A DNA stretch of 63,815 bases, the filler included, from Octopus bimaculoides (lineage: Eukaryota): NCBI RefSeq assembly GCF_001194135.2. It is 8 parts of 7 records of this genome, joined end to end, with 100 filler letters (N's around TTAATTAATTAA, not from the genome) between each part and the next. Parts side by side here need not be neighbours in the genome. Positions count along the whole stretch, not along the records: positions 8,505 to 13,688 come from NC_068983.1; positions 13,789 to 18,352 come from NC_068991.1; positions 18,453 to 23,646 come from NC_068984.1; positions 23,747 to 29,793 come from NC_068981.1; 4 more parts are not named here. One strand, written 5' to 3'. The notes under the pieces were generated by a model. The model did no database searches and was not told the origin of the DNA. It saw nothing but the letters and a program-made list of their open reading frames with translations. Positions 12,860-23,843 of the stretch are shown piece after piece. Position 1 is the stretch's first letter. Each line of letters begins with the position of its first letter. Position numbers and translations under genes: made by a program.

Positions 12860-13245
12860 TGTTGTTGGCACTCCGTCGCTTACGACGTCGAGGGCTCCAG
12901 TTGATCCGATCAACAGAACAGCCTGCTCGTGATATTAACGTGCAAGTGGCTGAGCACTCCACAGACATGTGTACCCTTAACGTAGTTCTCGGGGATATTC
13001 AGCGTGACACAGTGTGACAAGGCTGACCCTTTGAATTACAGGTATAACAGAAACAGGAAGTAAGAGTGAGAGAAAGTTGTGGTGAAAGAGTACAGCAGGG
13101 TTCGCCACCATCCCCTGCCGGAGCCTCGTAGAGCTTTTAGGTGTTTCTGCTCAATAAACACTCACAACGCCCGGTCTGGGAATCAAAACCGCGATCCTAT
13201 GACCGCGAGTCCGCTGCCCTAACCACTGGGCCATTGCGCCTCCAC
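12860..13245 (-). mobile_element. SINE family C, complete copy with 12-bp target-site duplication
   Basis: Head TGGCCCAGTGG (A box) and GGTTTTGATTCCC (B box); TSD ACAATCTAAAGT at 12848-12859 and 13246-13257. Confidence 0.93.
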
Positions 13246-13586
13246 ACAATCTAAAGTGATCAACTCAATTTCATAAATATGCAGACTAAATTTTGAAGAC
13301 AAGCAATGAGAGTTCAATTTGTAGCATCAGTTGCAGATGTGACGCAACTGAAGACTGAGAAAATATTCAAGTCGTTTCTATTGATACGTAAAGTTATTCG
13401 TGATGACTATGACGTATTTAACTCAGACTAATACATTACTATTGACCAATACGCAATACGCACGCACACTCATTCGCATTCACATACAAACGGACACACA
13501 CAAACATTAGGCACCCACATATATATACACACGCTTACACACACTCACTCCCTCACAAACTCGCATGCTCATACATACACATATAC

Positions 13587-13620
<34 letters not shown>

Positions 13621-13939
13621 TTGTGTGTGCGTGTATGCGCGCGGATGTATGTATAATATACATTCATATATGTATATATATACATATANNNNNNNNNNNN
13701 NNNNNNNNNNNNNNNNNNNNNNNNNNNNNNNNTTAATTAATTAANNNNNNNNNNNNNNNNNNNNNNNNNNNNNNNNNNNNNNNNNNNNGAAAACTAAAAG
13801 AAGCAGCACATATGCTAGGACACAACAACCTCCTAAGCAGTCCGAGTGCAGATATGAGTAGCATATGGGAACCGGTATTAAGGAAGGATAGAAAAATAAT
13901 AGATTTATAAGCCCTAAAATTCACTCCATAATTGCCCAC

Positions 13940-14185
13940 GGGCATATGGCGTAATGGTTAAGATCGCGGGGATACTAACCCCAAGATTCCGAGGTCGATT
14001 TCAAGCAGTGACCTGAACAATAACAATAATAATAGTAATAATAACTTCGAAAAATACCTTAGGAATGAGAACCCAGGTTCGAAATTTCCTCAAGACACCT
14101 GAAGAAGGCTGGAGGGTATATCATCCGAAACGTGTTATCAACAAGCAAGCTGAGGAAAAATATCCGTCGAATGTAAATAATGAGT
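13940..14185 (+). mobile_element. SINE family D: tRNA-like head + (AAT)n + hammerhead-like tail
   Basis: TGGCGTAATGG A box, GAGGTCGATTTC B-box-like, AAT tract, then GACAC-CTGAAGA-A-GGCTG-loop-CATCC-GAAAC-GTGTT at 14094-14136. Confidence 0.75.
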
Positions 14186-14510
14186 TAAGTTAGTATCAAC
14201 ATATTTTAATGTAGAAACTTTTTGAGTACCGTCTGTAATTAAATATGTTATCACAAACACAACTAGTGTATATCACTGTATGTCGTTGATTGCCTCACAT
14301 AGGCTCTTTATTTTGTGTCAAAAATTATCTGAAAGAACCATGTACTTTAAACTGAAGACTAAAGTGTTTTGTGATTGTTTATGCCAGCAAATGTCAGCTA
14401 TCTAGATTCACAAATAATATATATTTATGTATGGGGAGGTTGGGGAAATCTAAGCTTTTAGAGTGCAATACTACTGCAAGAGCGACTGGCTTACAAGAAG
14501 AGGATTTCAC

Positions 14511-15965
14511 TAGGAGGCTGGGCTGAAAAGTTCATAGGCTGACTATAAAGGAATGACGTTAGAGATGTGTTCTCTTGCATTAGTTACAGTTCTTCATATT
14601 AATAAACGCATTGTTTGTATCCACGTAAACTGACATCTGACTGTCCAAAGATGATTTTAAAGTAACTAGTAGTGACTTTTCTAGAAAATGGATAAAATTT
14701 CGCATCGTGGTGTTATCAAGTAAATTCAGAAAAAAAGGGTTTAATCCCCACCGACATTCATGCTGACATGGTTTCAAATTTTGCCACATGGGCAGAAATT
14801 TGGGGGTGGGGATGAGTCGATTACATCGACCCCTGTGATTAACTGGTACTTATTTAATCACCCCCGAAAGGATGAAAGGCATAGTCGACCTCGACGGAAT
14901 TTGAACTCAGAACGTGAAGACGGACGAAATACCGCAAAACATTTCGTCCGGCGTGTTAACGATTCTGCCAGCTCGCCGCCTTAATGCTGACATGGTTGCT
15001 ACGTTAGGAGTCGATGCTCCAGCTTTACCAACAGTGCAAAAGTAGGCAGCTGGATTTAGGAGGGGAAGGGTGATTCTTGAAGATGACTCAACGTCTGGAC
15101 GTCCTGCAACTGTCACCATCGCCGGAAACAAATCGTCTTCACCACATGGGGATGGATGTGAGGTAACTCACTACAAAATCAAGTAGCCAATGCTTATTAC
15201 CATTTCACGTGAGAGATTTGAGAAGATTCTGGGCAATGAACTTGGTATGACGAAGATTTCTGTTCGGTGGGTGCCACGTCTTTTGACACCAAATTTAAAG
15301 CGCACCAAGCTGATCACATCACGGGAAAATCTGACATTGTTCCAGGCAGTTTCGGTATGTTTCCTTGGACGTTTCCTAAGCCAGGATGAGTGTTGGCTTC
15401 ATCACTTTGAAACAAAGAGACAATCCATGCCGTGGAAACACCCCTCCTCACCTGCTCCAAAGAAAGCCACAGTCATTTCATCTGCAGAAAAGGTGATGGC
15501 CTGAGTTTTTCCGGATGCAAAAGGCATTGTGTTTATTGACTGTCTTCAACAGGGCCACTCCATCAAAGAAGAGTTCTATGCCAACTTGCTGAGGCAATTA
15601 CGAATGGCTATCAAAACCAAATTCCCAGGAAAACTGACGAAAAGTCTTGTTTCATTAGGACAATGCTCCAACACACAAATCCTGGGTTTCAATGGTTGCA
15701 GTGAGTGACCGTGACTTTGAACTGGTTGATCACCCTTTATATCTTCCTGACTTGGCCCCTTGTGACTATTATCTGTATCCGAACATAAAAATCACTTGGC
15801 TGGGCTCCAATATCGCAGTGATGATGACGTCATATCTGCTGTTGAAGTCTATTTTGAATGGAAGAAGTGTGTGGACTGCAAGAGGGTCTATGTTGAAAAA
15901 TAAACCTCATTTGGTCACATTCCATGACAGCATCTTCCTGAGCCTATGAAATTTTCATCGGTTCT
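14511..15965 (+). mobile_element. Mariner (DD34D-type) element, decayed, both TIRs visible
   Basis: GGGCTGAAAAGTTCATAGGCT vs AGCCTATGAAATTTTCAT; motifs RWVPRLLT, DECWLHHFE, DNAPTH, HPLYLPDLAPCDY; many stops. Confidence 0.92.
14774..14983 (-). mobile_element. SINE family B (tail type B1) nested in the mariner
   Basis: 14-bp TSD ATGCTGACATGGTT at 14760-14773 and 14984-14997; head AAGGCGGCGAGCTGGCAGAATCG, B box GAGTTCAAATTCC. Confidence 0.92.
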
Positions 15966-15971
15966 GACTCT

Positions 15972-16705
15972 AAATGCAGATTCCGCGATAAATTTAATGA
16001 AACAATAGACCATCGCGCCTCGAGATGTCCTGTGCTGACACCAAATGAATACAAAAATCGCCACGATAGGGTAGGACAGTATTTACATTGGAAAATTTAT
16101 AAACACTGCAAAATCAGCATTCCTGCTTACGGAGCCAGTCGTTGAAGGTAAAAATGTCACTATCCTCTGGGTTTTCCAGTCAACACCGACAGAACGATCC
16201 AGGCTAATCGACCAGACATAATCATTAAAGACTCAGAAGAAAATACTTATAAACTAATAGATGTAAGTGTTCCTACTAATAAAAATATATCTGTACAGGA
16301 ATTTGACAAATAAGTAAATATAAGGACCTGGAAATTGAAATACAAAAGATGTGACATCTTAAAGCGAGAACTGTTCCTGTTATTGTGGGTGCCTTTGGTA
16401 TGATAAGAAAGGGATGTCAGAAACATCTAGGTAATATCCCAGGAGAACCATGTCTCAGAGAAATCCAAAAGATTGTGCTGACAGGTATTACCCACATCCT
16501 TAAAAAAACTCTATCAGTTTCAATGTATGTGTTGTATTACATGGAGATATTTCGCTACAGCCCCTGCCACTTGCCCTCCCCAAGCTTTCAGTCATACTGT
16601 AACATCTCTTCTCCTTCACTCGCCCTAGGACACTGGGTGTATCTCGGCGAGCGATTGTAACACACATGAAGATTAAAAGTAAATAATAATAATAATAATA
16701 ATAAT
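15972..16705 (+). mobile_element. R4/Dong-clade LINE 3' fragment (CCHC knuckle, RLE endonuclease, 3' UTR, AAT tail)
   Basis: KCRF-DKFNETIDH...C...EYKNRHDRVGQYLHWKI, RPDIIIKD, LIDVSVP, VPVIVGAFGMI, (AAT)n at 16682-16705. Confidence 0.9.
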
Positions 16706-17839
16706 CTAAACAGCTTAGACAGAAAGATAAGGAAGTTGCTAACTAGATGTAGGTCACTCCGCCCAAAAAGATTGTATGCACCAAGAAAAAGAGGAGGAAG
16801 AGGACTTATTCGATGCGAATACAGGATTAGAGCAGAAAAAACAGCATAGCATGTTGTAAAAAATGCCACAGAACCGCTATTATTAGAAGTAAGAAGGTCA
16901 GGCTTTTGTAGGATGAATGATTGCAAAGATAAAGCACTATACAAGAAATTGAAAACAAATGAAACTGAAAATAGGTGTGTAAAGAAAAGAATGAATGGTC
17001 AATTTCATAGAGATGTTGAAGATAAGACAGACAGAGAAAAAAGGTGGCTGTGGATGACTAAAAGTGATTTAAAACCGGAAACGGAGGCTCAAATCTGTGC
17101 TGCCCAAGAGCAAGCACTAAGAACAAACTACATAAAATACAGAATAGACAACAGAGCAGAAAGTGATGAGTGCAGAATCTGTGGACAAAACGGTGAAACC
17201 ATATGGCATATTATGAGCCAATGTACGCCATGAGCCCAGAAGGAATATAAGAGACACCACGACAATATAGCCAGGCTTGTCCATTGGACACTTTGCAACA
17301 AGTAAGGACTTGACAGAGCAAAAAATTGGTACGACCACAAACCAAAACGCATCGTCGAAAATGGAAAAGCAAAGATCCTATGGGATTTTATGATTCAATG
17401 CGACCATGAGATAGAGAATAGGAAGCCGGACATTAATTGAGAAACAAAACAAACTATGCTGGATCATAGATATAGAATGTCCACCTGACAACAAGGTATG
17501 CGATAAAGAAGAAAGAAAAGTTGAGAGATATGACAGGTTAGCTTGGGAAGTTAAGCAGTTGTGGTCGATGAAAAAGGTAACAGTAGTACCAATAATTGTT
17601 GGAGCCCTGGGAACAGTGAGCAAAAATCTCAAGAAGTACGTGGAACAAATAGGGGCTGCAATAAGGGTGGAGCACTTGCAGAAAACAGCACTGCTTGGAA
17701 CTGCTCAAATACTCCGGAAGGTGCTCGAAAAATAAGAGGTGTTACCTTAGTTCAGTGGTAGTGAACAGCTGACACGGTAGTACGTCTCCAGCGTTAGAAG
17801 CTGTGCAAAGGCAATAATAATAATAATGATAATAATAAT
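16706..17839 (+). mobile_element. Second R4/Dong-clade LINE 3' fragment, a different subfamily
   Basis: RLYAPRKRGGRGL, AAQEQALRTNYIK, CRICGQNGETIWHIMSQC, RKPDI, VVPIIVGALG, (AAT)n at 17813-17839. Confidence 0.93.
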
Positions 17840-18480
17840 GATTAGCGTATTGTATATACTGCTCAGGTGTACTAATACTTCGTCAGAAAAAGGGATCAAA
17901 AGCGGACAGGAAGCAACAATAAGCCATGAAAGCATCGCAGATATTTGGCTTACCTTCGAAGGAAATACGCTGCTCACCTAATATGACAAACGTCTGAGTT
18001 TCTGCGTGAAAGATAAAGAAGTAATGAATAGCCTATCCTGCAACAAGTTTAAATTTGTTATCTAGAATGTTTACAGGAGTAGTGACAGAATTAGTAGAGT
18101 ATTTAATACGTGGTGGTGGTGGGAGAGAGATGAACTTACTATCTGTGCAATAACGAACCTGGCGGTGACGATAGCGGTGGCAGTTGTGGTGTGGTGATGG
18201 TGGTGGCGCCCGAACGTGGTCGCTCGGTCTGCTTGAAACAACAGCTAAATTTCATGCATGTTTCATGATCACAACGGAGGGATTAGAATAATGTAGTTTG
18301 AGGTGTTGACGCAATATCCGGGAGAAATACGTATTGTGTAAGTATTTCACAANNNNNNNNNNNNNNNNNNNNNNNNNNNNNNNNNNNNNNNNNNNNTTAA
18401 TTAATTAANNNNNNNNNNNNNNNNNNNNNNNNNNNNNNNNNNNNNNNNNNNNTATATAATTTAATAATAAGGGTAGAAAT

Positions 18481-18522
<42 letters not shown>

Positions 18523-18532
18523 GGCTAGATAG

Positions 18533-18563
<31 letters not shown>

Positions 18564-19565
18564 CATACATACATACATACACACATACACACACATATAC
18601 ATGCATATGTTTGATTACACACAGACCTATATATGTTTGTGTGTGTGTGTGTATTTCTATGTATGTATTTGTGTGTTTGCGTACGTATATCTGAAAGTGC
18701 GCATGTGTACCACTCTATCGTGGTATCAGTGTTTATCTACAAGATGCTTGATCTCAAGTCATGCCTGATCACGAATAGTAATGACTGGACGAACAACAGC
18801 GTCAGTACTTTGGTCTATCGGAACATTGAGCTGGTTTAATAGCTACATATCGCTTTAGTTAATTCTATATATACACTCGACCGACCCATCTGTCCATCTA
18901 TCCACACATGACACAACCGCTTGAATTCCAACATTGACGCAAATAAATATTTCGAGTTCCCATTCGTGCACAGGCACGCGCACGTGTCTATACACATATA
19001 GATATACATGTGTGTGTGTGCGTGTGACAAATATTCACATGTCCCTTGTAGTTTTACTAATTATTCTTTGTTCCAAAAAAATATAAAGTATTTGATAAAC
19101 GGTTATGACGTAAGAAGTCAGATGTACGTAACGTGTGAGCGCATGCACGTGTGTGTGTGTGTACGTGTGTATGTGTGTGTATGTGTGTGTGTGTATNNNN
19201 NNNNNNNNNNNNNNNNNNNNNNNNNNNNNNNNNNNNNNNNNNNNNNNNNNNNNNNNNNNNNNNNNNNNNNNNNNNNNNNNNNNNNNNNNNNNNNNNNNNN
19301 NNNNNNNNNNNNNNNNNNNNNNNNNNNNNNNNNNNNNNNNNNNNNNNNNNNNNNNNNNNNNNNNNNNNNNNNNNNNNNNNNNNNNNNNNNNNNNNNNNNN
19401 NNNNNNNNNNNNNNNNNNNNNNNNNNNNNNNNNNNNNNNNNNNNNNNNNNNNNNNNNNNNNNNNNNNNNNNNNNNNNNNNNNNNNNNNNNNNNNNNNNNN
19501 NNNNNNNNNNNNNNNNNNNNNNNNNNNNNNNNNNNNNNNNNNNNNNNNNNNNNNNNNNNNNNNNN

Positions 19566-19611
<46 letters not shown>

Positions 19612-19629
19612 TGTTCTTATATATGTGTG

Positions 19630-19775
19630 TGTTTGTTTGTGTAAGTGCGTTTGTCCCCCGCCACCGCTTGACAACTGGTGGTGTGTTTATGCACCCGTAA
19701 TCTAGCGGTTCGCCAAAAGAAACTGAGAGGTTAAGTACAAGGTTGATTCATTCGGCTAAAAGTTCTTGAAGGAAT
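19630..19775 (+). mobile_element. SINE A 3' fragment
   Basis: CGCTTGACAACTGG...CTAGCGGTTCGCCAAAAG matches the family A body. Confidence 0.75.
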
Positions 19776-19876
19776 AGAACTCAATACAAAAATGAAATGG
19801 AGTTACAGTATGTTGTTTATTAGAGCTGAAATATTGAACTCTTGGACTTTTGTCTAGCAACAAAACCACAATGTTA

Positions 19877-20070
19877 AACAAGAGCACTCAGAGAGCGTAA
19901 GCCTCCACCAAGGTAACAGGTAGCACCAAGGTGACAGGTAGCACCAATGTGACAGGTAGCACCAATGTGCTCTCGACGATTAGCCGGAGATGATTTTTAA
20001 AATGAGAATATCTGAAATAAACTCGACTGCTCTCACAAACGAGAATATTAAAAATGAACCCGATTTAAAA
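19877..20070. mobile_element. Helentron/HINE-like terminal fragment with an internal 18-bp tandem repeat
   Basis: AACAAGAGCACTCAGAGAGCGTAAGCCTCCACCAAGG end motif; unit CACCAA(G/T)GT(A/G)ACAGGTAG x3.5 at 19906-19969. Confidence 0.5.
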
Positions 20071-20194
20071 ATAAATTCGATTTAGAAAGTTGTAATTGTT
20101 TTAATGAGTATCTAATTATAAGAAAGCATCTATTGCAACTTTAGTGCAATTGTGTGAAATGCAATAAAGTTTGGCTGTTGTTTCTCTTCTTTTT

Positions 20195-20795
20195 TTTCTT
20201 TTTATTCTTTTACTTGCTTCGGTCATTTAGACTGCGGCCATGCTGGAGCACCGCCTTTTAGTCGAAACAAATCGACCTCAGGACTTATTCTTTGTAAGCA
20301 TAGTACTAATTCTGTCGGTCTCTTTTGCCGAACCGCTAGGTTACGGGGACGTGAACACACCAACATCGGTTGTCAAGCGATAGTGGGGAGACAAACACAC
20401 ACACACATACATACAAACATATAAACATATATATATTTCAGTTTCCTTATTTCTTTATTGTCCACAAGGGGCTAAACATAGAGGGGACAAACAAGGACAG
20501 ACAAAGGGATTAAGTCGATTACATCGACCCCAGTGCGTAACTGGTACTTAATTTATCGACCTCGGCGGAATTTGAACTCAGAACGTAACGACAGACGAAA
20601 TACTGCTAAGCATTTCACCCGGCGGGGTAACCTTTCTGCCAGCTCTCCGCCTAGTTTCCGTCTACCAAATCCACTGAAGGATTTGGTTGGCTCGAGGCTA
20701 TAGCAGAAATCACTTGCCCAAGTTGCCCCGGAACCATGTGGTTGGGAAGCAATCACACAGCCACTCTTACCACACAGCCACTCCTGTGCCTATAG
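20195..20795 (-). mobile_element. SINE A interrupted by a SINE B insertion
   Basis: 3' half at 20195-20446 and 5' half at 20653-20795. Confidence 0.88.
20447..20652 (-). mobile_element. SINE family B (tail type B2) nested in SINE A
   Basis: 7-bp TSD AGTTTCC at 20440-20446 and 20653-20659; tail CAATAAAGAAATAA. Confidence 0.9.
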
Positions 20796-21224
20796 CCACT
20801 CTTATAACTGTTTTGTTTTGTTTGTTTGTTTTTTGGAGCGGGTTGCATAGCGCCTACTCATAAATTTTCTTTAGCATTTGTACTCTCTCGTGGAATTTTA
20901 TATAGGATGGTAGTTTTACCAAATTGATGTTTTGTTTCGCGTTTTGCATTGTCAAGTGCTGTAATTACTCTATGTTGAAAAGGAGTGTTCGGCTAACGGC
21001 AAACTATTGTACTTATGTGACCGGTAGAAGTGACTAAACTCCTTAAACAGCGCCAACCAGTAAAGCATTCTCGTGACTGCAGTTTTCTGTAGCCGTGACC
21101 TTTACCTTCAAACTGATGATAGTTACGTCACATTACGTCTGTTACTTATGAATTTACGTTGCCAGAGTAAACGCATGCTTACGGCACTCGATGATTTTGT
21201 CTCAAGTTGAACAATGAAAAATTT

Positions 21225-21448
21225 CGAATAGACACAACTCACCACCGCCAACTCAACACCGCCGACTCAACGCCAGGACAACTCATCACCAGGAAATTTG
21301 ACTAATAAATAATTTATTCGTTTTTTCGTTTTATGACATTACCAGAAATTTATAAAAAGATTTATCTTAATGACTTGAATATAAAAAAGCAGAATTTTTA
21401 AAATTCGAATAAAAGTAATTTATAAAGGATATAATTGTGTGTGTGATA

Positions 21449-21510
<62 letters not shown>

Positions 21511-22863
21511 TCCGGAACAATGGTTTGTTTGCTTCACGATCAGTCCAAGCTTCTTCGATTTAGCAGTTTGTCGCAGTAATTTATTGGTCATAACGGCCTA
21601 TTCAGCTTGTGTCGAAGATACTAAGATTGCTCTAAACCATTTAAAGAAGGAATACCAAGAATTCATATTTTTCTACCGACGTTGACAGTCACAGCTCTTG
21701 AGATCGACATTAAGGCGTAGAAATTTTGAAAGTTGAATTCGTGAATATATATTTAAATTTTTTCATCACACCCAAAATTAAAATTCTTAGCCAAAAAGGA
21801 AAAGAAAAAATTGCACACGAGGGACATTTATTTGTATTTGATTAGTTTAGTAAGAGTGACAACAATATAAAATTTTGGCGTTGTGATGAAGGTTCTATGT
21901 GCAATGCAAGGATTCATACGAAGTTTGGTGCAGTTATCAAGGAGGTAAACACGCATCCTCAAAATTCGTCTGCAGTTAATACAGAAGTGGCTAAAGTGCA
22001 AACAGCCTTGAAACGTCGTGCCGAAGACACAACAACAATGCTACCTTTGTACTAAAAGCCAAGATGATATTAAGTTTAGCATTTGTTCCTGTTCCACATA
22101 TTGATACGTATCCTGACTCTCTTTCTGCGGATATGCCTGAAGAACTTGCAGCACTGCTGAATTGGTTCAAAAGCACCTATATTAGAAGACCAAATCGATG
22201 TGGGAGTAAATGCAGACCTACACTCTTCCCCCATGAAATGTGGAATGTTTGTGAGAGGATATTCCTCGGGGAAGACCGGACAAAACAACCATGCTGAAGC
22301 AACAAATAGAAGACTCCAGGCAGAGCTGGAAATGGAGCACCCCACACTATGGAGATTCATAAATAGGCTACATAAGGTGCAAAGAAAACGAAACGCATTT
22401 TTTGAGCAACTGATTGGATGTCATCTCCCTCCCACTAAACTGAAGAAGTATATAAAGGCAGATGATAGAATCCTGCATCTTGTTTCATCTATTTCAGAAC
22501 GATCTCCCACAGAATTTTTGAAGGGAATTGCATACAGCTTTCAGTAAATTTCTCATTTAAGTTTTAGCTTTGTATTAAAAATTTGTTTTTTTCTCAATTA
22601 CTTCTATTCTTATTTTAAAATTTATGTCATGTATTAAATCAATCTTTTATAAATACCTGATAATGTTATAAAACGAATAACGTTATAACACGAATAAATT
22701 ATCTGTTTATCAATTTTTAATCTATCAACTCGTCCTAAATGTCTTTTTAAACTTTGTTTCTCACAAATTCGTCTACGATCTGTTTGCACTTTGTCTTGGT
22801 GTTGAGTTGTCCTGGCGTTGAGTCGGTGGTGTTAAGTTGGCAGTGTTGAGTTGTCCTGCACTC
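21225..22863 (+). mobile_element. Internally deleted MULE (Mutator-like) element with FLYWCH domain
   Basis: About 65-bp imperfect TIRs (21232-21295 and 22795-22860); FWRCDEGSMCNARIHT (FLYWCH-type) and LSLAFVP...LLNWFKSTYI...MWNV...RT-NNHAEA...HPTLWRFI; near-TSD GAAAAATTT/GAAAGATTT. Confidence 0.85.
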
Positions 22864-22899
22864 GAAAGATTTGGAATATTAACACATATATGTGCAATT

Positions 22900-23545
22900 C
22901 TGTTTCAAATTTGGAAAAAACATTAACGGCGATGTTTTTAGTATTGCAAGAAACCTTTGTAATGGAGAATTGTTTAAGCAGTGAATAATGTCACGAGTGA
23001 AAACAGCGTTTCAAATCGTGAAGAGGGTCCACATAGACGACATCAGCGATGAGCCTATTGTGAAGTTGCTTGCTGTTGTCCGTGAAAATTGTCGCATGAC
23101 TTTGTGAAATTTCGAAGAAGTGAACATCTGTAAAAAAAAAAAAAAGGACTAAAGTTGCATCATTTTACAGCAAAATTTGTGCCGCGTCTTTTGACAGATG
23201 ATGAAAATGTGAAGTAAATCAGTTAGAAAGTAGCTGTTTGGTAGTTCGAATACCGATGAAAACTTTCTGAAAAGTGTCAATAACAGATGACGAAAGGTAG
23301 ATATACGGCTACGGTACGAAAACAAGATAAATACATAACAGTCACCGCAGTAGTTGGATCGGTGTGGCAGCAACTGAAAAAGTGTATCAAGGTCATTCAA
23401 TTGTGAAGGCAATATTATCTTTTGCTTATGGAGAAACTGTCGATCATCACGTGGTCAGACCATCAATAAAGCGTTTTATTTGGGTATCTAAACAAAACGT
23501 GGATGCTGCATTACCACAGAATCTTGCAAAACGAATTGATATATA
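22900..23545 (+). mobile_element. Mariner transposase relic
   Basis: AKFVPRLLTDDE and FLKSV-ITDDE-WIYGY motifs; heavily decayed. Confidence 0.7.
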
Positions 23546-23843
23546 TTGAGCGTCCAATAATACTATCCATATCACGTCCTCACTTTGTTGTTTTTTTGTT
23601 TTTTTGTTATTGTTTTTTTGAACTATATATATATATATATATATATNNNNNNNNNNNNNNNNNNNNNNNNNNNNNNNNNNNNNNNNNNNNTTAATTAATT
23701 AANNNNNNNNNNNNNNNNNNNNNNNNNNNNNNNNNNNNNNNNNNNNTATATATATATATATATGTGTGTAAATGATCTTTCGTTTTGCTTCTTTCGGTAG
23801 TTGTAGTCGCTGTTTTTACTGAGGTTGTCCTTGTTGATAAACT

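Noticed and set aside
13165-13245. tRNA-like sequence on the minus strand
   Set aside because: It is the head of SINE C, with TSD and body, and lacks a proper acceptor stem; not a tRNA gene. The same applies to the heads of SINEs A, B and D.
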